Positions 24,020 through 35,252 of a stretch of 64,000 bases of DNA are shown here, piece after piece. The first letter of the stretch is position 1. The number at the start of each line of letters is the position of its first letter. Both the position numbers and the translations under genes were made by a program. Under the pieces are notes generated by a model. The model saw only the letters and a list, made by a program, of their open reading frames with translations. It was not told the DNA's origin and did not search any database. This DNA comes from Rebecca billardiae RCC1528 (Eukaryota; Protista; Haptophyta), in contig OZ251225.1 of the NCBI GenBank assembly GCA_965240325.2, forward strand, positions 558,001-622,000, in the 5' to 3' direction.

Positions 24020-24337
24020 CGGCCGTGCGAGTGCTCGCGCAGGCGCGAGCGCAGGGCAGGCGCGCGACGCGGCTGGCGGCGGCGCGCGAAAGGAGTTGGT
24101 GACCGGAGGCCGCGAGGCCGGGCTGGTCAATGTGCTCTCAGCCAATCAGCGAGCCGGCCTGCGCCGCCATTCCTACAAGTAGTTCCGGCAACGGCTTCCT
24201 GGAAAGCTTTGGGCGGCTCAGTCAGGCGCTCAGCTAGTTTGTGTCCACCATCGTGATCTTGTCGCGATCGGTTTCAGCGCCAGCAGTTTGCCTGCAGCCG
24301 GCCCCACCACGCGGCGAGGCAGGCTGGCTGAGCGAAG

Positions 24338-25012
24338 ATGGTGAAGGCCGAAAACATCATCCAGCACAAGCTGGAGACGCTCACCGAGTGGGAGGCGCAC
24401 ACCGAGCAGAACGCCCCGAAGGACTGGCTCTACGGTGCGCCCGCGCGCGCGCGCGCGTGCGCGCGCGCACTCGCAACGCTCTCAGCTCACGCGCATCGAG
24501 CCATCCGCGCCACACGTGCGATCCAGTCGTGGAGATCTATGCGACGTGGTGCGGGCCAACCGAGGCGATTCAGTCTACACTCAAGCGCCTGTACACGGAA
24601 TACCTCGGCCGCCGGCTCAAGTTCTTGCTGGTGCGTGCGCGCCGATGCTGCGTGGCATGCGATCAACGCGCGTGCCGTGAAGCTGATCGGCTCGTGCCCC
24701 ACCTTGTGCACAGGTGAACGCGGAGATCTCAGACTCGCTGGAGAAGTACAGGCTGTGCTCGCGACCCACCTTCATGCTCTTCAAGGTGCGCCCCGCCTGC
24801 GAACGCGCCCGCGCGCTGGCTTGCGCGGCGGGCTGAGCCGCCTGCACCCGTCGGCGCGCGCTGCCGATGCGCAGAACGGAGAGCTGCTGGAAACCATCGA
24901 CGGCGTGAACACGCCCTTGTTGAAAAAGCACATCGCGGACCACTTGACAGACGGCATCATCGACGACGACGAGGCGGATGCGGCTGCGGAGGGCGAGGAC
25001 GAGGAAGACTAG
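24338..25012 (+). CDS. Thioredoxin-like protein, TXNDC3/NME8-type (outer dynein arm light-chain-like); introns 24435-24526, 24631-24713, 24786-24874
   Basis: Spliced product: ...LYVVEIYATWCGPTEAI...FLLVNAE...LEKYRLCSRPTFMLFKNGELLETIDGVNTPLL, acidic tail. Confidence 0.82.
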   Translation: MVKAENIIQHKLETLTEWEAHTEQNAPKDWLYGAPARARACARALATLSAHAHRAIRATRAIQSWRSMRRGAGQPRRFSLHSSACTRNTSAAGSSSCWCVRADAAWHAINARAVKLIGSCPTLCTGERGDLRLAGEVQAVLATHLHALQGAPRLRTRPRAGLRGGLSRLHPSARAADAQNGELLETIDGVNTPLLKKHIADHLTDGIIDDDEADAAAEGEDEED

Positions 25013-25428
25013 CGTCTGATGCCGGATCCCAGCGCCAAGCCCGCAGGCAGCGCCTGCCGGCCTGTTGCCTGTCGGTCGAGCATGCGAGCAGCGCAAGCCT
25101 TGGGCTTTGTCCTTGGCAACCGACGAGGCATCCGTGGCGTAGGCTCTGGACGCAGACGGAGGCCTGAGGCGCCGCTACCGTCGGTGGGGCCTGACGCAGG
25201 CGTAAGCCCCGCGCCCGTCACAGCAGCGCCTGTGCAGTGTGCCGATCGCGATTCGCGGGACTAACGGCACTCGGCAGAGTCAGAGTTAGAGTCACCGGCA
25301 GGGCAATGCTGAGTGAAGTCGTCACTGACTCAGCCTGACAGCAGTAGCTCTCGTCATCAGTATATTATACTAAGTGATGAGTATATCGCGATATATATAT
25401 ATATTATAATACTTATCGTCAAGCAGTC

Positions 25429-25530
25429 TGACAAACCGGTGGAAAACCCGTTTGCCGACTAAGCTAAATCGGCTTGCGCAAGCCGATTTAGCTCATGCAG
25501 TCGGCAAACGGGTTTTCCACCGGTTTGTCA
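25429..25530. mobile_element. 102-bp palindromic MITE with TG...CA ends and 5-bp target-site duplication CAGTC
   Basis: tgacaaaccggtggaaaacccgtttgccgact...agtcggcaaacgggttttccaccggtttgtca with inner palindrome agctaaatcggcttgc|gcaagccgatttagct; cagtc at 25424-25428 and 25531-25535. Confidence 0.88.
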
Positions 25531-26189
25531 CAGTCATCAGCGTCTTATAACGCTTATTATAATAATATATATAGAGCAGTCCCGCGATTCGTCTGTGCTG
25601 GCTGTGCTGACTCGTCGTGTAACTCGGCCTAGCAGTGTAACTGCTAGCTCATCTGAGTACGACTATATACAGTCACAGACGGTAAACGCGGACACGGTGC
25701 CACACCTGAGTCCTGACTCAGGACACCGCCCGTCGGCGCCGTCGGCACGGCCGTTACCAGCATTATCAGTGACTCGGCACGCGCCGATGTGCCACGCGTC
25801 ATCCGGGGGCCGCGGGGGCCGCGCACAGCAGCCGCGCACCGTCTAGCTGGCTCTGAGGCCGTTCGTGGCTCACTGGCTCAGAGCCAGAGCACTGAGTGAC
25901 TGAGTGCAGAGCAGGCCTGCAGGGCCTCTCAGTCTGCTCAGAGGGGCAGAGGGCCCTCGTCCGGTCTCCGGCCCTGCGGCGAGTGCGGCCTGCGGCCCCG
26001 GCCGCGGCTGGCGGCGGGCCTAGCGCTGCGGCCTGCGCCACGGGCACGGTCGGACGGGCGCGTCGGCGTCAGCGCGGCCGCGGGTTACATCAAATAATAT
26101 TTAATAAATGTATAGTCAATATATCATAATAAGTATACATATGATTATATCGTCATCATGAAATCAATATGTGAATATATCGGGATTAT

Positions 26190-29100
26190 CTATCGGGTCA
26201 GGAGCGAGCTCGGGGCCGCGCCCAGGTGCGAATCGACGTGCGGCGCGTTGAGCCGCTTCACGCGCGCGCGGAGGGCGGCGAGCGCGTGCAGCTGTGCGCG
26301 TGTGCGCACCACCTCGGCGGCGACGGCGACCGAGCCGGGCTCGCATGCTGGTAGGCGCGCGGCGCGGGTGGGCGTGGCGAGGGCGCGCGGCACGCAGAGG
26401 GGTGCGCGGAAGTGAGCCCGTGGCGCAGGCCGAGCGCTGAGCGCACTCGCCTCTGCGGAGCGCGTGTGCGGCGCAGGGCGCGCACGCCCCGGGCAGGGCT
26501 CGCGGCCGCGCGCGCTCACCTCCGAGCGCAGCCGCCATTGCGTCGGTGGCGCCGCCATGGCTGGCGCTGTCCGCCGGCGCGCGCGCGAGCGCGTCCGTGA
26601 GCGCACTCAGTGCGCGCCCCACATCCCCAAGCCCGTGCGCAGCCCCCGCGCCCGTGCGCTCCTCGCTCAGCGCCGTGTGTGCTCGCAGCGGCGCGAGGAC
26701 GCGCCCCTCTGCCGGCGGCGGAGGCGGAGCGCGCGCGGCTGCGCTCTCGTGCAACCGTGAGCGCAACGCGCCCATCACCTGCGCACGCGCGCGTGGGCGG
26801 GCAGCGTGCGGCGGCGGGATGCGTGGGCGACGTGCGCAGCGGGTGCGCTCGGCGCGGCAGCCACGCACGCGTGCGCAGCAGCTCGCACGGCACGCAACAC
26901 CACGCTCACGCACACGCACACGCACACGCACACGCACACACGCGCGCGCGCGCGCACCTGCTCATGTCTGTCCAGCGCCGCGCGCAGCACGGGCGGCACC
27001 GGCCACGGCTGCGTGCCGGCCTCGGCCGCCTCGGCGGCGTCCGCCGCTCGGGGCTCGGCCACTCCCGCCGGCCGCGGCGGCGTGCCCGCGGGCGGCTCGG
27101 GCGGTAGCTCGTCCGTTTGACACGCCGCGTGCGTCACCAGCACGCGCGCCCCGCGCTCGATGACGACGACTGGATGGAATGGATGGCCCGCGCCGAGGGA
27201 GAGATTGGCGGCGCCGAGGACGGTGGGCAGGTCCGCGGCGGCGGCGGACGGCGGCACTGCCGCCGCCGCGCCGATCGAGCTGCCGCTGCCGGCGCTCGCG
27301 TCGGGGCGTGTCGGCGCGCGCGCCTGCGCGGCGCCGCCGGCAGCGCCCGCGCGTGGCTCAGCGTCGCGCTCGGCCTCAGCCGCCGCCGCCGCCATCGCCG
27401 CCAGCTCGGCGCCCAGCGCGGCGCTGTCCTTGCTCGCGCGGCGCGAGGCTCGGCGGCTGCCCGCCGAGACGGGCGGCGCCTCCGCCTCGTCCGCGGCGGC
27501 ACCGCCGGGCTGCGCGTCGCTCATGTCCGACGAGTACCCGCCGCCGCGGCCGCGCGAGCCGTCCGCGCCGCTCAGGGCGCTCGCCGTGTCGCTCACGTCC
27601 AGGTCGGCCATCGAGAGGATGCGCGCGCCGCCCAGCTGCATGCCCGGCGCGGCGAGGCGCGCGGAGCGCGGCGCGGCGGGCTCGGCGGGCGAGCTGGGTG
27701 CGCGCGACGCGGGCGTGGCGGGCCGAGCCGCCGCGCCCGCCCCGTCCTCACCCTCCTCGGAGGACGAGAGCTCGAGATCGTCGATGGAGCGCAGCAGCCC
27801 TGCCGCCTCGGACGCGGACGCGGTCGCTGCGCGCAGGCCCACCAGGCTGGTGAGCATGCCGCCGCCCTGCGCGGAGCGGGTGCCGCCGCTCGCGCCGCTG
27901 CTGCTCGCGCTCAGCCCGTGCGCGGCGGCGCCCGCCGGCGCCGCCGGCCGCTCGGGCTGCGGAGGCTGCGGCGCGCGCGGCGGCGACGGCTGCCACGGCG
28001 GTGGCGGCCGCGAGCTCGCGGCGGCGGCGGCGGCGGCGTGCGTGGGCGACGCGGGCGCCGACGGGACGGCCGACGGCGCGGCGCTTTGGTCGTCCTTGCC
28101 CTCGTCGTTGCCCTCGTCCGAGTCGGAGAGGTCGAGGTCGTCGAGGCTCAGCACGATGCCGCGAGACTCGACTGCGGACGGCCGCGCCGCCGCCGCCGCC
28201 ACCGCCGCCGTGGGCTTGAGCTGCGGCGAGCGCAGCGACGGGCGCGGCGCCGGCTGCGCGCCGCTCGGCGCGCCGTGCGGCGGAGTCGGCGGCGGCGGCG
28301 AGCGGCTGACTGACGAGAGCGCAGAGCCGGGCGAGCGCAGCGGCGGCGGCGCTGCCGCCGCGCCGAGCGCGATCGGCGTTGGCGGCTGCGCCCGCACCTG
28401 CTGCGCCCGCGCCGCCCGCGCCGCCTTCGCCGCCTCGATCTGCGCCTCGAGCCTCGCCACCTCCGCCTGTCTGGCCGCGCGCTGGGCCTCGACGCTCAGC
28501 GGGCGCGAGGAGCCCACCTCGGGCGCGGCCGGGGGCGAGCGCAGCGGCGGGGAGCGCGTGGGCGGCGCGGGCGGCGCGGGTGCGCTCGCTGGGCGCTGCG
28601 CGCCCGCGGCGGGCGGCGGGGCGCCGCCGAGCGTCGCCTCAGCGCCGCTGCTCGCCGGGCGGCGCAGCAGCCTCCGCGCGCGCTCGCGCTCATCGTCGGA
28701 GTCGTCCGTGAGGACGACGCTCTCGTCGGAGGGCGTGGGGGACGGGCTCAGAGCGCGGCGCGCCGTCGCGCCCGCGCGGCTTGCGCCCTTTGCCGTGCCC
28801 GTCGGCCGGCCGCCCGTGCCCGAGCCCGCGCCCGAGCCGGCCGCCGACGCGCCGGTGCCGGCGCCGGCGCCCCAGCCTGCTGTCGAGGCAGCCTTGGCCT
28901 GCTGCTTGTTGGCCTTGGCCTTCTTGCCGCCCGCGCCCTTCTTCTTGGGCTCCTTCTTGGATGGGGCGGCGCCGCTCGTGCCGCCCGCTGCGCCCGCCGG
29001 CGTCTTCACGCCGAGCGCGCTCAGCGCGCTCTTGGCGTGCGCCCAGCCCGCCTCGCCCGATCGCGGGTTGTCGCTTGCCCAGTTCCACGCCGCGCCGCCG

Positions 29101-29216
29101 CCACCAGTGCGCTTGCCCGCGGCGCCGCTCGACGTGCTGCCACGCGCGCCGACGGGCGGGCGAGACGGCCCGCCGAGCGCGTCGCTGCCGAAGAGGTCGG
29201 GCTTCTTCAACGGCAT
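26190..29216 (-). CDS. Hypothetical low-complexity Ala/Pro/Ser-rich protein, 3 exons (introns ~26957-26779 and ~26519-26350)
   Basis: Long ORF from MPLKKPDLFG with GC3 bias; recurrent (S/D)xxDL(D/E)(L/V)S motifs; splice sites join ALDRHEQ|VMGALRSRL and a last exon ending SSLLTR*. Confidence 0.6.
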
Positions 29217-29496
29217 CCGGCTGGCGAGGAGCACGCTTGACCCCACCTTCAAAACCGTGCTGCCGCCATTCGTGCAGAGTCCTGACCTTCTGACAATGAT
29301 GAGGTGGTGCAAGATTTGATTTCGAGCCGGGTACGTAGGACCCGCACCGCGTATATCGGGGTATGTTGGAATGTATCGGAATTCGGAATGCATGCTGCGG
29401 TTATCTTGCCGCTTGCCCGCCCTTCCCGTACACCGGCAGGTGGGCGAGCAGCAGGCGTTGCGAGCGCCGCCTGCGCCGTCGCTCGCGCGCGCCAGC

Positions 29497-32400
29497 ATGG
29501 GGGCGTCGGAGGACGAGGACGATGTCGAGATCCCGGACCCGTCTCTCGACCGCTACCTGCGCGTGTGCAACATGCGCTTCGCCGCCGTGCGCAACTCGGG
29601 CGAGCTGCGCGAGCCGTCCAAGGTGGCGGTCGTGGACATCTCGGACGAGTCGAAGCAGGAGGCGCTGGCGAAGCGGCTCGCGACGCTGCTCGACGACGAC
29701 TGGAAGGTGGACGAGTACTTTGGCAAGCCCACCGTGTGCATCCTCATCACGGGCGGCGCGCAGGACTTCCGCATGCTCCCGCGCGTCGAGCGCGTGTTCC
29801 GCGAGGGCCTCGTGCGCGCGGCGCAGATCACGAACGCGTGGGTGTTCACGGGCGGCTCGGCGAGCGGCGTGATGAAGCACGTGGGCCAGGCGCTCGCGCC
29901 CCACCCGGACGTGCCGTGCATCGGCATGCCGCTCTACGGCAACGTCGTGGGCAACGACCAGATCGAGATCAAGCTGGGCGAGCTGCCGGCGCGCGAGCCG
30001 GACGAGCGGCCGTCCGAGCTCGTGGCGGACGAGTACGACACGGTGGACTACGTGTACTCGGAGGAGCTCAACTCGAAGGACTCGGCGGCGCTCGAGCCGC
30101 ACCACTCGCACTTCATCCTCGTGGACACGGGCAAGCGCGGCTCGTCCGCGTGGGGCGGCGAGATCGAGTTTGGGCTGCTCACGCAGCTCGCGTACTGCGA
30201 GCTCGAGGCGCTGCCGGCGGTGATGCTCGTGGTGCAGGGCGGGCCGAACACGCTGAAGATGGTGGTGTCGGCGGTGAAGCGCGACGTGCCCGTCGTCGTC
30301 GTCGCGAGCTCGGGCGGCGCGGCCACCGCCATCCGCGACTTCCTCACGCGTACGGGCGCGGAGGAGGAGGCGATCGGCGAGGCGGAGGCGCGCTTCATCG
30401 ACGCGGAGGCGGAGGAGGCGCGCGCGCGGCAGGCGGTGGCGGACTCGGCGGGGCTGCCCGTCGCGGACCGCGTGGAGCGGCGGCGCGCGCTGCGCCAGGC
30501 GCGCCAGCGCCGCGAGCGCGCCTCGCAGGTCCTCCTCGCCCTCGAGCGCCGGCTGCTCGCCAAGACGGCCGGCATGGCTTCGTTTGGCTCCAAGGTTGCC
30601 GAGCTGCGCGCGCTCAAGGCGCGCGCGGGGCTGATCCAGCTGTTCGAGCTCGACCCGTCGTCGACGGCGGACATCTCGCAGAGCATCCTCGCGGGCGTGC
30701 GCCGCTCGCCCCGCCTGCCGCCCGAGAAGCTCCTCGAGCTCGCCATCGTGTGGAACAATCTCGAGATGATCTCGGAGGTGCTCACGGGCCACGACGCGCG
30801 CGGCAAGGCGGGCAGCGTCGAGCGCGCGCGCTCGAGCCGCACGCTCTCGCGCGCGAGTGCGTCGAGCGCGGAGGTGCTGGAGCAGAAGCGGCGCGCGATG
30901 TGCAAGGCGCTGCAGCTCGCGCTCGAGATGCAGCGCACCGACGTCGTCACCATGCTCCTCTCCAACGGCGCAGACATCAACTCGGTCGCGCTCTCACGTC
31001 TGTACGGGCAGCGAGAGAAGAACCCGTTTCGACTCTTCGCGTACCTGCAGCAGCGCGCGCGGCGCGCGCACGAGGAGCTGGCGGGCGGCGGGCGCGCGGG
31101 CGCGAACGGCCGGCTGCCGCGCGGCGCCTCGCGCGGCGTCGGCCACGGCAGCGGCTCCGCCGCCGAGGCAGGCCGCGCGGGCGGCGCGCGGCGCGCGGCG
31201 CGCGTCGACTCGTCCATCCTCAGGCAGGACGAGGTGGCGGCCCTCGTGGCGGAGGAGCGGGTGTTCCTCTCGGACCGCGTGTTCAAGCCGTTCATCGAGA
31301 TCTTCCTGGAGCCCGAGTTCCACCGCACCGACTTCTCGCCCGCCGCGCGCAGGCCCGCGGCCGCCGGCCCGGGCGGCGGCGGCGGCGGCAGCCCGAGTGC
31401 GAGCGGCGCGCGCGCGGCGGCAGACGCGCAGGCGGAGGCGGACCGCGCGGCCGCCGCCGCCGCCGCCGCGAGCGGGACGCCGCCGCCGACGCCGCCGCTG
31501 GGCGCGCCGGCGCGCGGCTTCGCGCCGGCGCGCGGCGCGTCGGGCGCCGCCCCCGCGCTGCGCGCCGGCTGGCGCAAGCCCGCCACCGAGCCCGCGGCGG
31601 GCGAGTCGGGCGGCCTGGCCGGCTTCCCCGCCGGCACGCGCATCGAGGACGTCTTCTGGTGGGCGGTGCTGATGGGCGACATGGAGCTGGCGACCGTGCT
31701 GTGGCGGTTCTCGAAGCAGCACCTGCGGCTGGCGCTGCTCGCGGCGGAGGTGCTCGAGAACATGATGACGCGCTCCGCGCAGGGCCAGAAGCACCGCGAC
31801 GACATCGAGCCGATGAAGGGGCGGTGGCAGCAGGTGGCGCTGGACGTGTTGGAGCACGTGCAGCCGACCGCCAAGGACAAGCGCACCGTGTTCGAGGTGG
31901 CGGAGGAGGTGCTGGTGCACCCGGTGGCGGGGCACACGGCGATCGACCTGGCGATGGCGCTCGGTGCCAAGTCGTTCACCGCGCACCGCTACTGCCAGCT
32001 CATCATGAGCCGCCGCTGGACCGGCCACTCCCGCTCGGGGCGGCGCGCGCGGCTGCGGCTCGAGGACGACACGGCGCCTCACTGGAAGGTGGTGCTCAAG
32101 CTGCTGCTGCCCTGGTTCTGGGTGGAGGACGTGCTGGACTACTTCGGGCTGCCGTGGGTGGCGAAGGTGGTGGAGAACGCGCACCCGCGCCGCGCGCGCC
32201 GCGACTCCGTCGCACCCGCCCACCCTGCGCAGCACGACGAGCCCGCCCGCGCGGGCTGGTGGCACGTGTACACGATTCCGGTCGTCAAGTTCTGGAGCCG
32301 CACGCTCGTGACGCACGTCGGGCTCACGCTCATCTCGCTCGGGCTGATCGCGGGGACGTGGATCACCGAGCCGCAGTCGCTCTCGCGCTGGCCGCGCGAC

Positions 32401-32497
32401 GTGCTGCAGGCCGTGCTCGAGGTGCTGTACCTCTTCTGGGTGCTGGGCTACGCGCTCGACTGGGCGGAGGTGCACGCGCGACGCCTGCTGCCGCCGA

Positions 32498-32534
<37 letters not shown>

Positions 32535-34815
32535 GCAGCTCGCCGCGCACATGTCCGCGTCGGGGCTCAAGCCGGCGTGGGCGTGGATCGACTCGACGTC
32601 GCTGCTCTCGTTCGCGCTGAACGCCGGGCTGCGCTCGCTCTACCTCCTCCTCCTCGCGCTGCGCGCCGTCCCCGAGGGCCGCTCCGACTTTCTCTCCGAG
32701 TGGCTCTTCCCAATCTCGATGGCGATCTCGGCGCTGTTTGCGTTCGGCCGCTTCATCGGCGAGACGCTGATGGTGTTCCAGCAGCTGGGCGTGCTGACGA
32801 TCTGCATGCGCGACATGTTCGCCAAGAACATCAACTCGTGGGCCGTCGTGATGGCCATCGTCATCCTCGCCTTCGGCCTCGCCTTTGTCGCCCTCGTGCC
32901 GTCGTACCCGCTCGCGGGCACGTGCGGCGGCGGCGGCGGCAGCGGGCTGCCCGACTGCCCGACGCGCTTCGCCACCTCGCCCTTCTTCATCCCGGTGTGG
33001 GCGGTGTTCGGCGACTTCAGCATCGCGGACATGGAGGACGCGCGGCCGCTCGCGCCCTCCATCTTCCTCATCGGCCTCCTCGTCGTCGCGCAGGTGCTGC
33101 TCCTCAACCTGCTCATCGCGATGATGACGGGTGCGCGCGCCGGGCGCGCGGCGCGCGCGCGCGGACGCGCGAGCGTGTGCGGCGCGCGCGCGCGCGCGCG
33201 CGCACCCGGCGCGCTCACGGCCCCCGGCCTCGCCCGGCGCGCAGAGACGTACACCAACGTGATGTCCTCGGCGCTCATCGAGTGGAAGTACGACCACATG
33301 CTCCTCGTCGACTACTACAAGACGACCGCGACCGCCGCGCCGCCTCCGCTCAACCTGCTGCTGCTGCCGCCGAGGCTGGCGATGCGGCTGTGGCCGCGCG
33401 GCCGCGCGCGCCGGGGCGCGGAGGCGCACAAGCCGGCGCGCGTGAGGCCCGCGGGCGGCGGCGCGCGCGCCGACGGCTCGAGCGAGGTGGAGCACCGCGA
33501 CGAGACGCGCGCCTTCCACGCGTACATGCGCACCATCGAGGAGTCGGCCGCGCAGGACGTGTCCGCGCGCGTGCAGGGCGTGACCTCCATTGTGGGCGGA
33601 CTCGAGCTCAAGCAGATGGAGGACCGCGAGGCGCTGGACAGCCACGTGCGCGCGCTGCGCGGCGAGATCGAGTTCCTGCGCGCGCAGGTTGCGCACGTGC
33701 CGCGTTCGCGCCTGCGCGAGCTCGCCGCCAAGGCGGCGCAGGGCGGCGGCGCCGAGCCGCTCTCGACGCATGCGCTCGCGCGCGCCGGGCTGCGCACGCT
33801 CCACTTCCGCGCGCGCTCGGAGGAGAACAAGGCGTACGAGGGGCAGCGCACGGCGGTGCCCGACTGGCGCGTGCCGTGGGAGGTGGAGTGGGCGTCGTAC
33901 GAGCCGAACGAGTGGACGCACCCCGTCGTGCTCGGCGACCCGCCCAACGGCAAGCCGCGCCCCGTCTGGGCGGACCCCGCGGACGCACTCCAGGTCGACT
34001 TCACCAAGCGGCGCTCGCACGAGCAGGAGATCGTGTGCTCGCCGATCGGGAGGCCGCTCAACCCGCGCGGGCGCACGGGGATCAGCGGGCGCGGGCTGCT
34101 GGGCAAGTGGGGGCCCAACCACGTGCGCGCGCCCGCGCCCGCGCCGCCCCGCCTGCGCCGCGCCGGCCGTCGAGGCGCCGCGCCTCACGCGCGCGCGCGC
34201 CGCGCGCCGCGCGCCGCGCGCCCGCGCGCCCGCCTCACCCGCCGCTGCGCTCGGCGCGCGCGCCAGGCGGCCGACCCGATCGTGCTGCGCCGCCGGCCGG
34301 GCAGCGCGGGCGCGCAGCCGCCCAAGCTGCAGATGGTCGCCATCATGCGCGCGGACGTGAGCAAGTGGGCCATCCCGGGCGGGATGGTCGACGAGGGCGA
34401 GCTCGTCTCCGAGACGCTGCGGCGAGAGTTCTCCGAGGAGGCGGGCTCGCTCGCGGACCCGCTGGCCAAGGAGGAGCTGGAGGACAGGCTGGACGAGGTG
34501 TTCGGCCCGGGCGGCGACCTGGTGTACGAGGGGTACGTCGACGACCCGCGCAACACCGACAACGCGTGGATGGAGACGACCGTGCACGCGTTCTTCATCG
34601 ACGACGAGCTCGCCGCGCAGCTCACGCTCGAGGGCGGCTCGGACGCGATGGACGCGCAGTGGCTCGACCTCGAGGAGACGGGCGTGCTCGCGGACGACGT
34701 CGACCAGCTGTACGCCGACCACAAGCAGTTCGTGCTCCGCGCGCTGCCGCTCGTGCACAGGCGCATCGAGCGGCTCGAGGCGGCCGCCGCGACGGGCGGC
34801 GGCTCGGCCAAGTGA
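29497..34815 (+). CDS. TRPM2: TRPM2-like cation channel with N-terminal SLOG/MHR domain and C-terminal NUDT9-homology ADP-ribose pyrophosphatase domain; introns 33131-33244 and 34123-34266
   Basis: MHR1/2: ITGGAQDF, AWVFTGG, GVMKHVGQAL, LEPHHSHFILVD, VVQGGPNT; six hydrophobic segments, pore WAVFGDF, S6 VLLLNLLIAMM, TRP-box EWKY; NUDT9-H: RPLNPRGRTGISGRGLLGKWGPNH|AADPIV, WAIPGGMVDEGE...REFSEEA, YEGYVDDPRNTDNAWMET. Confidence 0.9.
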
Positions 34816-35252
34816 CCCCGTACTAAGACGAATCGAATGACGTCGACGATGAGCTAGCTGCTGATGCGCTGCGCTGATCCTGATGACTGGCGGATGATCG
34901 CGTCAGACAAATAAGTTGGTCAGCAATATAGCGGCGGCCCGCTGGCACTCATCAGTCGATCCGGCGCCTCAGAGTGACAAGGGCAGCCGCAGGCGCAGTG
35001 GCCCGCGGCCCGGCCGCTGGTTCGCGACTACCGTACACGACGTCGACGGAGGATCGCGCGGCAGATGCAGTCGGCTGTCTGCGGCTGCTGATGACGCGCG
35101 CCGCGACGCCGATGCACCGTCGTGTGCGAGCCGTGATGCGGCCCGCATGGAATTGGACACCCGCCATGGTGGTGGACAGATGCCGGCCATCACCAGTGTC
35201 GTCCTCGTCATCATCGATGAGACTTGGCAGCAGCAGCAGCATCAGCTGCGTC

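Noticed and set aside
27160-34826. Very long alternative ORFs (27160-29319 +, 29304-34826 +, 30994-34758 -)
   Set aside because: Off-frame or antisense shadows of real genes; Arg/Ala-rich output expected at this GC content.
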